From Clostridia bacterium (GTDB taxonomy: Bacteria; Bacillota; Clostridia; RUG12999): 64,000 nucleotides of DNA. The position numbers were made by a program, and so were the translations under genes. Under the pieces are notes generated by a model. The model was given only the letters and a program-made list of their open reading frames with translations, did not search any database and was not told where the DNA came from. The stretch spans positions 19,198 through 83,197 of the forward strand of contig JAFTSG010000014.1 of the NCBI GenBank assembly GCA_017467445.1. The letters are read 5' to 3'. Below, piece after piece: positions 22,482 to 31,489 of this stretch. The first letter of the stretch is position 1. Every line of letters begins with the position of its first letter.

Positions 22482-24656
22482 ATGAAAGACCCGACCGTAC
22501 TTTTTTCTACACTTCTTGAAATAATAACAGCGGCACAGCCGAAAGGCGATATCAACACCGTAAAACGCGCATACGAATTTGCAAAAGCTGCCCACGAAGG
22601 ACAAAAGCGTGTTTCCGGCGAGGATTATATATGCCATCCTCTTGAAGTTGCTGAAATAATAACTGTTATGCTTCTTGACTGCGACACTATTGCCGCAGGT
22701 ATTTTGCATGACGTAATTGAAGATACCGACACCACACATGAAGATATTGTGGCGGCTTTTGGCGCCGAAATTGCCGATATGGTTGAAGGCGTAACCAAGC
22801 TTGGTAAAATCAAATTTCTTTCGCAGGAAGAAGCACAGGTTGAAAACCTGCGCAAAATGTTTATGGCAACCGCAAAAGACCTGCGTGTTATCCTTATTAA
22901 ACTTGCCGACAGACTTCATAATATGCGTACAATTGAGGTTATGCCCGACCATAAACGCCGCCAGAAAGCAAAAGAAACAATAGAGGTTTTTGCTCCTATT
23001 GCACACCGTCTTGGTATGTTTAGAATTAAAGTTGAGCTTGAAGACCTCTCCCTTAAATTTCTTGACCCTGTTTCATACAAAGAAATTGAAGAAGCTCTTG
23101 ATGAAAAAATGAAAAACAACAGCTATTTCATTGAAAAAATCATCAGCTCTGTTTCATATAAACTTGACGAAATAGATATAAAAGGAAAAATAAACGGCAG
23201 GGTAAAACACCCTTACAGTATATATAAAAAGACCTATATGCAAGGCAAGTTACTTGACGAAATTTACGATATTTTTGCCGTGCGCGTAATTGTTGACAGT
23301 GTGCGTGAATGTTACGCCGTTCTTGGTGCAATTCACGATTTATATAAACCTATTCCCGGCAGAATCAAAGATTATATTGCAATGCCTAAACCCAATATGT
23401 ATCAGTCACTTCACACAACGGTTATAGGCACGGAGGGTGTACCGTTTGAAATACAGATACGTACCGCCGAAATGCATAAAATTGCTGAATACGGTATCGC
23501 CGCACACTGGAAATACAAATCCGGCGTTTCGGATGCCGGCAAAGACGAATCCAAATTTACATGGCTTCGTCAGATGCTTGAACTTCAGGGCGATATTACC
23601 GACGACGAAGAGTTTATGCGTGCGTTTAAAACTGATATGTTTACCGATTCGGTATTTGTATTCACCCCGAAAGGTGACGTAATTTCTCTGCCGGCAGGCA
23701 GCTGCCCGATTGACTTTGCATATTCCATCCACAGCGCCATCGGTTCTCAGATGATGGGTGCAAAAATCAACGGACGTCTTGTACCCTTGTATTACAAACT
23801 GCAAAACGGCGATATTGTACAGATAATAACATCAAGTTCCGTTCACGGTCCAAGCCGTGACTGGCTTAAAATTGTTAAAACTTCAAGTGCTAGAAGCAAA
23901 ATCAACCAATGGTTTAAACGCGAACGCCGCGAAGAAAATATTATAAGAGGTAAAGACCTTTTTGAAAAAGAAATTAAAAAATCGGGATATTCATATCATC
24001 AGTTATATGATGAAGAAATAATGAAAAAGGAAATACAACGTCATACGTTCCAGACACTTGACGATTTGTATGCTGCAATCGGGTACGGCGCCGTTCCCGT
24101 AAAATCAATTGTAAACAAACTTCGTGAAGCATACCGTAAATCTCTTGAAGAATTGCCTTCTTCCGAATCAGGCGGCGTTTCAAAATACCATACCTCCAGC
24201 AACGGTATTATTGTTGAAGGTATAGAAAACTGTCTTGTCCGTCTTTCACGTTGCTGCAGTCCTGTTCCCGGTGATGAAATCATTGGCTATATCACACGTG
24301 GCAGAGGTGTTTCCGTACACCGCGCTGACTGTGTAAACGTAAAAAACAACTTTATCGGTCAGGGCGAAAGCGACAGACTTATTGAGGTTAAATGGGAGAA
24401 GTCCCAAGCATCTGCTTCATATATGGCAGAGCTTACGGTACTTGCAGACGACCGCAATGGCCTGTTGCTTGACCTTATGAGTGTACTTTCAAACCTTAAA
24501 ATATCAACACACAACTTCAATGCACGTACAGGAAAGGATTTTGATGCAACCATTACAATCATGGTGGAAATTCATTCTTCCAAACAGCTTGAAGAGGTAA
24601 TCCGTAAAATGATGGGCGTAGCCGGAGTTGTTTCAGTATCACGTACCATGCAATAA
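22482..24656 (+). CDS. relA: Bifunctional (p)ppGpp synthetase/hydrolase, RelA/SpoT (Rel) family
   Basis: HD domain (HPLEVA...ILHDVIEDT), synthetase domain (YKPIPGRIKDYIAMPKPNMYQSLHTTV), and TGS and ACT regions. Confidence 0.96.
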   Translation: MKDPTVLFSTLLEIITAAQPKGDINTVKRAYEFAKAAHEGQKRVSGEDYICHPLEVAEIITVMLLDCDTIAAGILHDVIEDTDTTHEDIVAAFGAEIADMVEGVTKLGKIKFLSQEEAQVENLRKMFMATAKDLRVILIKLADRLHNMRTIEVMPDHKRRQKAKETIEVFAPIAHRLGMFRIKVELEDLSLKFLDPVSYKEIEEALDEKMKNNSYFIEKIISSVSYKLDEIDIKGKINGRVKHPYSIYKKTYMQGKLLDEIYDIFAVRVIVDSVRECYAVLGAIHDLYKPIPGRIKDYIAMPKPNMYQSLHTTVIGTEGVPFEIQIRTAEMHKIAEYGIAAHWKYKSGVSDAGKDESKFTWLRQMLELQGDITDDEEFMRAFKTDMFTDSVFVFTPKGDVISLPAGSCPIDFAYSIHSAIGSQMMGAKINGRLVPLYYKLQNGDIVQIITSSSVHGPSRDWLKIVKTSSARSKINQWFKRERREENIIRGKDLFEKEIKKSGYSYHQLYDEEIMKKEIQRHTFQTLDDLYAAIGYGAVPVKSIVNKLREAYRKSLEELPSSESGGVSKYHTSSNGIIVEGIENCLVRLSRCCSPVPGDEIIGYITRGRGVSVHRADCVNVKNNFIGQGESDRLIEVKWEKSQASASYMAELTVLADDRNGLLLDLMSVLSNLKISTHNFNARTGKDFDATITIMVEIHSSKQLEEVIRKMMGVAGVVSVSRTMQ

Positions 24657-24687
24657 TAAGCTGCCACCGGGTAGTAGATGCAAATAT

Positions 24688-24746
24688 AAGGCATCTATAG
24701 CATATCATTAGGTCTTAGAAGATATGCTGTGGATGCCTTTATTCAT
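24688..24746 (+). terminator. Long two-tier hairpin plus T-rich tail between relA and pnuC (relA terminator and/or pnuC attenuator)
   Basis: AAGGCATC-tat-AGCATATC...GATATGCT-gtg-GATGCCTT followed by tattcatt. An alternative upstream pairing is TAGATGC (24675-81) with GCATCTA (24691-97). Confidence 0.55.
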
Positions 24747-24761
24747 TAAAAAGGAGCACAT

Positions 24762-25454
24762 ATGAAATTATTTAATTTTGTTAAATCATCATTCAAAACA
24801 CTTACAAAATTTGAACTTATCCTGTGGCTTTGCTCTGTAGCAGCTTCAATGGCTTCCATTTTTGTTTCGGGAAGCGGCGGTATTTTTTCCGCCATTGCCT
24901 CGGTAATAGGTGCAACCTGCCTTATCTTTGCCGCAAAAGGTAACGTTATAAGTCAGGTGCTTTCAATTATTTTTGCCATTATGTACACAATTGTATCCTT
25001 TACATTCCGATACTGGGGTGAAATGATAACCTATGCGTGTATGACACTTCCAATGGCTGTTTGGTCCCTTATTACATGGCTTAAAAATCCTTATAACGAA
25101 AGCGAAGTAAAAGTAAACGTCATCAGTTGCAGAGAAACCATATTTATGTTTATTCTTACCGCATTTGTAACCCTTATATTTTACTTTGTGCTTGCAATTT
25201 TAAATACACCAAATCTTGCAATGAGCACCATTTCCATAACAACAAGCTTTCTTGCCTGTTATCTTGTTGCACGCCGGAGCGAATACTATGCTCTTGCTTA
25301 TGCCGCAAATGATATTGTGCTTATTTCACTTTGGATTATGGCAAGTGCCGAAAACCCGTCTTATATCCCAATGATAATATGCTTTGTAATGTTCCTTATA
25401 AATGATATTTACGGGTTTATCAACTGGCGCAAAATGAAATTTCTTCAAATGTAA
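24762..25454 (+). CDS. pnuC: PnuC-family nicotinamide riboside (or related nucleoside/vitamin) transporter
   Basis: 230 aa with 7-8 TM segments. Trp-rich PnuC motifs (WSLITWLKNP, INDIYGFINW). Confidence 0.8.
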   Translation: MKLFNFVKSSFKTLTKFELILWLCSVAASMASIFVSGSGGIFSAIASVIGATCLIFAAKGNVISQVLSIIFAIMYTIVSFTFRYWGEMITYACMTLPMAVWSLITWLKNPYNESEVKVNVISCRETIFMFILTAFVTLIFYFVLAILNTPNLAMSTISITTSFLACYLVARRSEYYALAYAANDIVLISLWIMASAENPSYIPMIICFVMFLINDIYGFINWRKMKFLQM

Positions 25455-25512
25455 CCATCCGTATCCATATCTCATATAATAGCTAGTAGGAAAAGAAATA
25501 TGGGGTGAGATT

Positions 25513-25746
25513 ATGGATTTTCTTTACCCCCTGTCCAGGCTTTCTGCAAACAAAAGTGCAACCGTGCACAGTCTTATATGCGGCGGAGAAATGCGCCGCC
25601 GTCTGCAGGATATCGGCATAACTGCCGGTACGCGAATACAATGCTTGCAGAAAAGTCCGTACGGGGATATGACAGCATATTTAATCCGCGGAGCTGTGAT
25701 TGCACTGCGCTCCGAGGATGCCGGAAATATACTGGTATGCAATTAA
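25513..25746 (+). CDS. feoA: Ferrous iron transport protein A
   Basis: 77-aa SH3-like FeoA pattern (RRRLQDIGITAGTRI...IRGAVIALRSEDAGNI). Confidence 0.88.
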   Translation: MDFLYPLSRLSANKSATVHSLICGGEMRRRLQDIGITAGTRIQCLQKSPYGDMTAYLIRGAVIALRSEDAGNILVCN

Positions 25747-25800
25747 ATATACACACGCCCGAATTTAACGTTCGGGCGTTTTTTTAAAGGATGTGATTAT

Positions 25801-27918
25801 ATGGGACTTACAAACTCTTCAACAGGAATTAATTCTATAGGAACAGATTTGCACATAACAAAAAAACACCCCGGTGATATTACGGTTGCACTGGCAGGAA
25901 ATCCAAATGTAGGTAAAAGTACCATTTTCAATAAGCTTACGGGTATGCATCAGCATACGGGTAACTGGCCCGGCAAAACCGTTACAAACGCTGTAGGTAC
26001 TTGCAGTTCAGGAAACTGCAACTTTATTTTTGCCGATATCCCCGGTACATACTCACTTATCCCCCATTCAGCCGAGGAGGAAACTGCCCGTGACTTTATA
26101 TGCTTCGGCGAGCCCGATGCAGTGGTTATTGTATGCGATGCCTGCACCCTCGAGCGAAACTTAAATCTCGTACTGCAGACGCTTGAACTGCAGCCCCGCA
26201 GTATTGTATGTGTAAATCTTATGGATGAAGCCGTTAAAAAAGGCATATCCCTTGACCTTGCCGCGCTTTCGGACCGCCTTGGTGTTCCGGTAGTGCCAAC
26301 ATCTGCACGCAGCGGACGCGGTGTAAATAAACTACTTAGGGCAATAGAGTCTGCCGTCCATTCGAATTCTTCTGCACTTAAGGTTAAATATCCAGACATT
26401 ATTGAAAATGCAATATCCATTGTAGAAACTGCTATTGAAACCAGAGTCGGCACAAAAATAAGTCCTCGCTGGCTTGCTCTTCGCCTGCTTGGAAACGACA
26501 CCTCTCTTATAAACTCGTATAATTCATACATAAAGTTTAATATTACAGAAGATGCTGATGTAAAATCGGCACTTAAAAAGGCAGATGCACTTCTTAAAGA
26601 AAATAAAATAACCGAAGAACGTTTTAGCGACATAGTTGTTTCTTCTATTGTAGAAATCGCCGAAAATATATGCAAAAACGTGGTTTCGTATTCAAACCCG
26701 TCTTATAATGCGCGCGACCGCAAAATAGACAAAATACTGACAGGCAAATACACCGCATTTCCTGTAATGCTTATAATGCTCGGCATAATTTTCTGGATTA
26801 CCATAACCGGTGCAAACTATCCGTCCGAGCTTCTTTCGGATTTGCTTATGGGTGCGGAAAGCTATATATTTACTTTCCTTTCGCTCTTTAAAATTCCACC
26901 TGCAATATGCAATATGCTCTCTGCGGGTGTATACCGCACGCTTGCCTGGATTGTATCCGTAATGTTGCCGCCAATGGCAATATTCTTCCCGCTTTTCACA
27001 TTAGCGGAAGATTTGGGGCTTCTCCCCCGCATAGCGTTTAATCTTGATAAATATTTCAAGAAATGCTGTGCCTGCGGCAAACAGGCACTTACAATGTGTA
27101 TGGGATTCGGATGCAACGCCGCAGGTGTTGTGGGATGCCGTATTATAGATTCCCCGCGCGAGCGCCTTATTGCAATGATAACCAACTCGTTCGTGCCCTG
27201 TAATGGCAGATTCCCCATTCTTATTGCAGTAATTACAATGTTTTTCAGCGGAAGCTCTCTTTACTCAAGCCTGATACTGCTTGCAATAATAGTAACAGGA
27301 ATACTGCTTACCTTTTTAGTGTCGCTCCTTCTTTCAAAAACCATCCTGAAAGGTCAGCCATCATCCTTTACTCTTGAACTGCCGCCGTTCCGCCGTCCGC
27401 AAATAGGCAGCGTAATTGTACGTTCTCTCCTTGACCGCACAATATTCGTTCTTGGCAGAGCCGTTGCAATTGCCACACCTGCCGGACTTGTAATATGGTT
27501 TCTTGCAAATGTATCCGTGGGCGGAACCTCAATTCTTGCACATATACACACATTTCTAGATCCCCTCGGCAGACTTATGGGGCTTGACGGCGTAATCCTG
27601 CTTGCGTTCATACTTGGTATGCCCGCAAACGAAATTGTAATTCCTATTATAATAATGTCTTATATGGCAACCGGTACTCTGACTCCGTTTGACAATTTAA
27701 TTGAACTTAAAAACTTACTTATTTCAAACGGATGGACGTGGATAACCGCCGTTTCTACAATGCTGTTCACCCTTGTTCATTGGCCGTGCACAACCACACT
27801 TTTATCCGTAAAAAAAGAAACCGGAAGTTTCAAATGGACATTTGCCGCATTTGCCATTCCAACTGTAATAGGCTTTTTGATTTGTTTCCTTTTTGCAAGT
27901 ATAGCCCGTCTGTTTTAA
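25801..27918 (+). CDS. feoB: Ferrous iron transport protein B
   Basis: N-terminal G-domain (GNPNVGKSTIFNKLTG, DIPGTYSL, NLMD) plus a polytopic gate/nucleoside-recognition membrane domain. Confidence 0.96.
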   Translation: MGLTNSSTGINSIGTDLHITKKHPGDITVALAGNPNVGKSTIFNKLTGMHQHTGNWPGKTVTNAVGTCSSGNCNFIFADIPGTYSLIPHSAEEETARDFICFGEPDAVVIVCDACTLERNLNLVLQTLELQPRSIVCVNLMDEAVKKGISLDLAALSDRLGVPVVPTSARSGRGVNKLLRAIESAVHSNSSALKVKYPDIIENAISIVETAIETRVGTKISPRWLALRLLGNDTSLINSYNSYIKFNITEDADVKSALKKADALLKENKITEERFSDIVVSSIVEIAENICKNVVSYSNPSYNARDRKIDKILTGKYTAFPVMLIMLGIIFWITITGANYPSELLSDLLMGAESYIFTFLSLFKIPPAICNMLSAGVYRTLAWIVSVMLPPMAIFFPLFTLAEDLGLLPRIAFNLDKYFKKCCACGKQALTMCMGFGCNAAGVVGCRIIDSPRERLIAMITNSFVPCNGRFPILIAVITMFFSGSSLYSSLILLAIIVTGILLTFLVSLLLSKTILKGQPSSFTLELPPFRRPQIGSVIVRSLLDRTIFVLGRAVAIATPAGLVIWFLANVSVGGTSILAHIHTFLDPLGRLMGLDGVILLAFILGMPANEIVIPIIIMSYMATGTLTPFDNLIELKNLLISNGWTWITAVSTMLFTLVHWPCTTTLLSVKKETGSFKWTFAAFAIPTVIGFLICFLFASIARLF

Positions 27919-27941
27919 GGATATACTAACGCAAAAAGGAG

Positions 27942-28385
27942 ATGATAAATTTGGCAAATGAAGATACAGCAAATATCCTGAAAGAATGTAATGCCGGAGT
28001 TAAAATGGGTGTTGATTCAATAGCAAATGTGCTTGACGATGTAAATGATACCAAACTAAAGGAAATTCTTACAAATAACAAAGAAGAACATCAGAAAATC
28101 GGCAGCGAGCTACACGAAATCCTGAACAAAATGGACCTTGCCGGAAAAGAACCAAATCCAATGGCAAAAACAATGTCGTGGCTTAAAACAAACGTTATGA
28201 TGACCGCCATGGGTGATGATTCAACTGTAGCCGACCTTATTACAGACGGGTGTAATATGGGCGTAAAATCACTTTCACGTTATCTCAATCAGTATAAAGC
28301 CGCAGAGCCCTATGCAAAGGATTTAACCCGCCGTCTTATCGACCTTGAACATCAGCTTACAATAGATGTAAGACCATATCTGTAA
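27942..28385 (+). CDS. Hypothetical all-helical protein (possible four-helix bundle)
   Basis: It follows feoB by 23 nt. The sequence is helix-rich, with no TM segment and no recognisable catalytic motif. Start is ambiguous (ATG 27942 or TTG 27951). Confidence 0.5.
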   Translation: MINLANEDTANILKECNAGVKMGVDSIANVLDDVNDTKLKEILTNNKEEHQKIGSELHEILNKMDLAGKEPNPMAKTMSWLKTNVMMTAMGDDSTVADLITDGCNMGVKSLSRYLNQYKAAEPYAKDLTRRLIDLEHQLTIDVRPYL

Positions 28386-28423
28386 AACAAACAGGCAGAA
28401 CCCAAAGTTCTGCCTGTTTGTTT
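28385..28423. terminator. Bidirectional terminator (feoAB cluster / licC-like gene)
   Basis: AAACAAACAGGCAGAACccaaaGTTCTGCCTGTTTGTTT. Confidence 0.75.
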
Positions 28424-29312
28424 ATTTTACTTTATATACAGAATCTATTTCCTGCAATTCTTTAAATGTATCAATTTCAACAACGTCTTCCATTGTACAT
28501 TCTCTTATTTCTACACTATATTCATCAACAAATTTATCAAAATGTACAGACTCTATAAAACATTCCTTTCCACCGGGCATATTACTTACCTGTTTATAAT
28601 GCTCAACAAGCCTTTTTCCGTCATATTCGTTCCAATAAGTAATGCCTGCAAGTTGATGACAATGTTCTCCTCCAATACTAACCCCGGTAACTGTACATTT
28701 TTGTGAATGGAGGCACCAATCGTCGCTATATTCTATAGGTATACCCAAAACATTTGATGAATAATGATATTTTTTAATTAATTTAGGATTCATCAACAGA
28801 AGGTCTGATTCCAGCACATATGCATTAACTATTGCGTTTCCGGCTGCTACCGCTGACAGAATATTATTCCCTTGATTATAAAGCGGATTATCTATAAATT
28901 TTATCATTGGATATTTTATAAGCAACTGGTCAAAAAGCTCACCCAGATATCCTCTTACTATATAAATTTCTTTTATGCCGACAGCAAGGGATGCATCAAT
29001 TAATCGGTCGATAATTCTTGTTCCGTGCACACGCACAAGAGGTTTAGGAGTATTAAGTGTAATCGGAATCATTCTTTCTCCCATACCGGCAGCAAGGAAA
29101 ACGGCTCTCTTAACCGCATACGGTTCCAGTGCCTCATATCCTTTTTCTGTAATTGTAAATTTATTTACATACCCAAGGTCATCTAATTCTCTGTATGTCT
29201 TATTAACAGCACCTATAGAAATTTTTAATAATTCCGAAATTTTTTTTTGTGATTTTATATTCTCATTTTCATAAATACAATCCAGTACATTAAATTGTTT
29301 TTTCGTTAGCAT
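28422..29312 (-). CDS. LicC-like nucleotidyltransferase (phospho-alcohol cytidylyltransferase type) with an N-terminal winged-HTH extension
   Basis: Residues 1-65 look like a MarR/wHTH (ISELLKISIGAVNKTYRELDDLGYV). The rest matches the LicC layout (AVFLAAGMGERMIPITLNTPKPLV...VEIDTFKELQEID). Confidence 0.75.
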   Translation of the reverse strand: MLTKKQFNVLDCIYENENIKSQKKISELLKISIGAVNKTYRELDDLGYVNKFTITEKGYEALEPYAVKRAVFLAAGMGERMIPITLNTPKPLVRVHGTRIIDRLIDASLAVGIKEIYIVRGYLGELFDQLLIKYPMIKFIDNPLYNQGNNILSAVAAGNAIVNAYVLESDLLLMNPKLIKKYHYSSNVLGIPIEYSDDWCLHSQKCTVTGVSIGGEHCHQLAGITYWNEYDGKRLVEHYKQVSNMPGGKECFIESVHFDKFVDEYSVEIRECTMEDVVEIDTFKELQEIDSVYKVK

Positions 29313-29508
29313 TGTATTTCCCTCACAGCTTATTTTTTAGCTTATTGTATAAGCATAGTATTCTTTTAACAACAGCGTTTTCATTTTTTAATTGTTTGTC
29401 TTTACTATTGTACATTATTATACTATATGTATCATTTTTTGTCAATAAAAATTCATTTTTTTATCAATAATATCAAAAATTGAATCTTTAGCCTGCGACT
29501 TTTCATTA

Positions 29509-30312
29509 TTAATATTTTAAATAGCAGTGATTAGAATGGTGCGTTACTCTTTGTTCTTCAGGTGGAAGTTGCATATAATTTCCATATAGCTGTGTTAAAA
29601 TCTCACAATATCCTACAGGAGCTTTAAATTTGTATCCTTCAAAATCCACTTCTGCCGTTCCATCGTACCATTGTTTTAGTGTTCTGTTTTCAACACCCTC
29701 ATACAAGCTGGACGTACTGCCCACATAATCATTTTCCTCATAGGGATATCTGGCAGATATTTTATCAATACGTTTCATTATAAGGTTTTTGCCTATACAC
29801 TTGCTTATTAAAATCGGAATACCAAACGCAAGTTTTCCTCTTATGGAGTATGCTTTAACATCAATAACAATATAAGAGAACATTTTATATAGCAAGTGCT
29901 TTTTATTGAAATATTTCAAAAATTCTTTTTCCTCATATGGTTGTCCGTCAATCGGGAAAATATCAACATCTATTCCTAATTCTTCGCCTTTTTTATATTT
30001 AATGGATTTCTCAATCTTTAATGTTCTTTTATCAATAACCTTTGCTATTGTATGTTTTGCCTGTTTATCGTAGGGTTGTACAAGCTTATAGTTTTCGCTT
30101 TCAAATGTTTGTATAAACTTATTATAGTCCTCTCTGGGCATCTGTATATCAATATCATCATCCCATGGAATAAATCCCTTATGTCTGACTGCACCTATCA
30201 ATGTTCCAAAAGCAAGGAAATATCTCAGATTGTTTTTGTCGCAAAACTCGGCTACTTCCTTTAAAATATCCAATTCATATTTTTTTATTTCTTCAAATGA
30301 CAGTTCTCTCAT
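29509..30312 (-). CDS. licD: LicD-family phosphotransferase
   Basis: LRYFLAFGTLIGAVRHKGFIPWDDDIDIQMPREDY is the LicD signature. Confidence 0.88.
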   Translation of the reverse strand: MRELSFEEIKKYELDILKEVAEFCDKNNLRYFLAFGTLIGAVRHKGFIPWDDDIDIQMPREDYNKFIQTFESENYKLVQPYDKQAKHTIAKVIDKRTLKIEKSIKYKKGEELGIDVDIFPIDGQPYEEKEFLKYFNKKHLLYKMFSYIVIDVKAYSIRGKLAFGIPILISKCIGKNLIMKRIDKISARYPYEENDYVGSTSSLYEGVENRTLKQWYDGTAEVDFEGYKFKAPVGYCEILTQLYGNYMQLPPEEQRVTHHSNHCYLKY

Positions 30313-30407
30313 GAGCCGCTCCTATAAAATAAAAATATTCTACCTGCTTATACTTATTTAATTATATCACCGTTGATTTTTGATTGCAACACATAATTTT
30401 TCAGTTA

Positions 30408-31112
30408 TTACATAAATGGTTCTTTAGTTTCTCTGTGGAGCTGAATTTCATCTGTAACCGAGGCGCTGCCACGCATTTTGATAAGATATAAAACAGTCTC
30501 CGCAATATCCTCCGGAAGAACCATTCCCTCCCCGGTTAAATCAGGACGGGAGATTTTGACCATATCTGTAAACACCGCTCCGGGACTTATAACGTGAACT
30601 CTTACACCCTTTTTGTAATATTCTTTGCTAAGTGCTTTACTGAAACCAAGAAGTGCATGCTTAGATGCGGCATATGCACTTTGCAGTGCATATCCATGAT
30701 GCGCCGTTACGGAAGCAATGTTGATAATTGTTCCGCAAGAAGACTCCTGCAGATACGGAAGTGCTTTTTTGCACATAAGAAACGGTGCTCTTGCGTTAGT
30801 AGCCATAATCATATCATATTCTTCCATAGAAATTTCTTCAAAAGCTTTTGACTGTGCAACGCCGGCATTGTTAATCAACAAATCAATGCCTCCGTAAACC
30901 TGAATGGTTTTTTCTATCGTTTCCTTTATGTAATCATCATTACAAAGGTCTCCGGGAAGAATCAGACATTCCCTGCCCTTTGCTGTTTTTTTCAGTTTTT
31001 CTTCATTTCGTCCCATTAAAACAAGCCTGACTCCACAGGCAAAAAGAGCCTCAGCTATTGCCGAGCCAATTCCACCCCCTGCTCCCGTTATAATGCAAAC
31101 CTTATCTTTCAT
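30408..31112 (-). CDS. Short-chain dehydrogenase/reductase (SDR)
   Basis: TGAGGGIG cofactor motif, NNAG, and YAASKHAL (YxxxK). The ATG at 31112 follows AGGTGA. Confidence 0.88.
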   Translation of the reverse strand: MKDKVCIITGAGGGIGSAIAEALFACGVRLVLMGRNEEKLKKTAKGRECLILPGDLCNDDYIKETIEKTIQVYGGIDLLINNAGVAQSKAFEEISMEEYDMIMATNARAPFLMCKKALPYLQESSCGTIINIASVTAHHGYALQSAYAASKHALLGFSKALSKEYYKKGVRVHVISPGAVFTDMVKISRPDLTGEGMVLPEDIAETVLYLIKMRGSASVTDEIQLHRETKEPFM

Positions 31113-31128
31113 AAAATCACCTGTATGA

Positions 31129-31329
31129 TTATTTCTTCTTTTCAACTTTTCTTTTATTCCCTTTTTCATCCATTATATAAACATTCGAGAGCGTATTTTC
31201 CATGCCCTGACGGAACCTTCTTATATACTCCTGACGGAGCTGTGCCTGCTCGGCTTTTTCTTCATCATTAAGGCCCTGCTCTTTTGATTTTTTTGCAAGT
31301 TCATTAATTCTTTTTATAAGCTTTTCCAT
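31129..31329 (-). CDS. DUF896 / UPF0291 (YnzC-like) small helical protein
   Basis: INELAKKSKEQGLNDEEKAEQAQLRQEYIRRFR is typical of the family. Confidence 0.8.
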   Translation of the reverse strand: MEKLIKRINELAKKSKEQGLNDEEKAEQAQLRQEYIRRFRQGMENTLSNVYIMDEKGNKRKVEKKK

Positions 31330-31444
31330 ATTTACCTCTCCTTACTTTCAGTAATACATTCAAATCATTTGCCACCACACATCAGGCTTTCAACATAATC
31401 CGCGCTAATTTTCCTGAACGATTTATGTATACCGATTATAACAC

Positions 31445-31477
31445 AAAATCCGCAGAGTTGCAATACTCTGCGGATTT
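31445..31477 (-). terminator. Intrinsic terminator ending the long pgm-to-TPM gene run
   Basis: Minus strand AAATCCGCAGAGTattgcaACTCTGCGGATTTTgtgt. Confidence 0.7.
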
Positions 31478-31489
31478 ATATTTATTCAT

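Noticed and set aside
22440-23006. A 188-aa minus-strand ORF overlapping the 5' end of relA.
   Set aside because: It is a Cys/Phe/Lys-rich antisense frame with no SD, and it conflicts with the strongly supported relA and recJ ends.
25950-26675. A 241-aa minus-strand ORF antisense to feoB.
   Set aside because: It is a Ser/Arg-rich antisense-frame artefact with no SD or promoter. The feoB call on the opposite strand is unambiguous.
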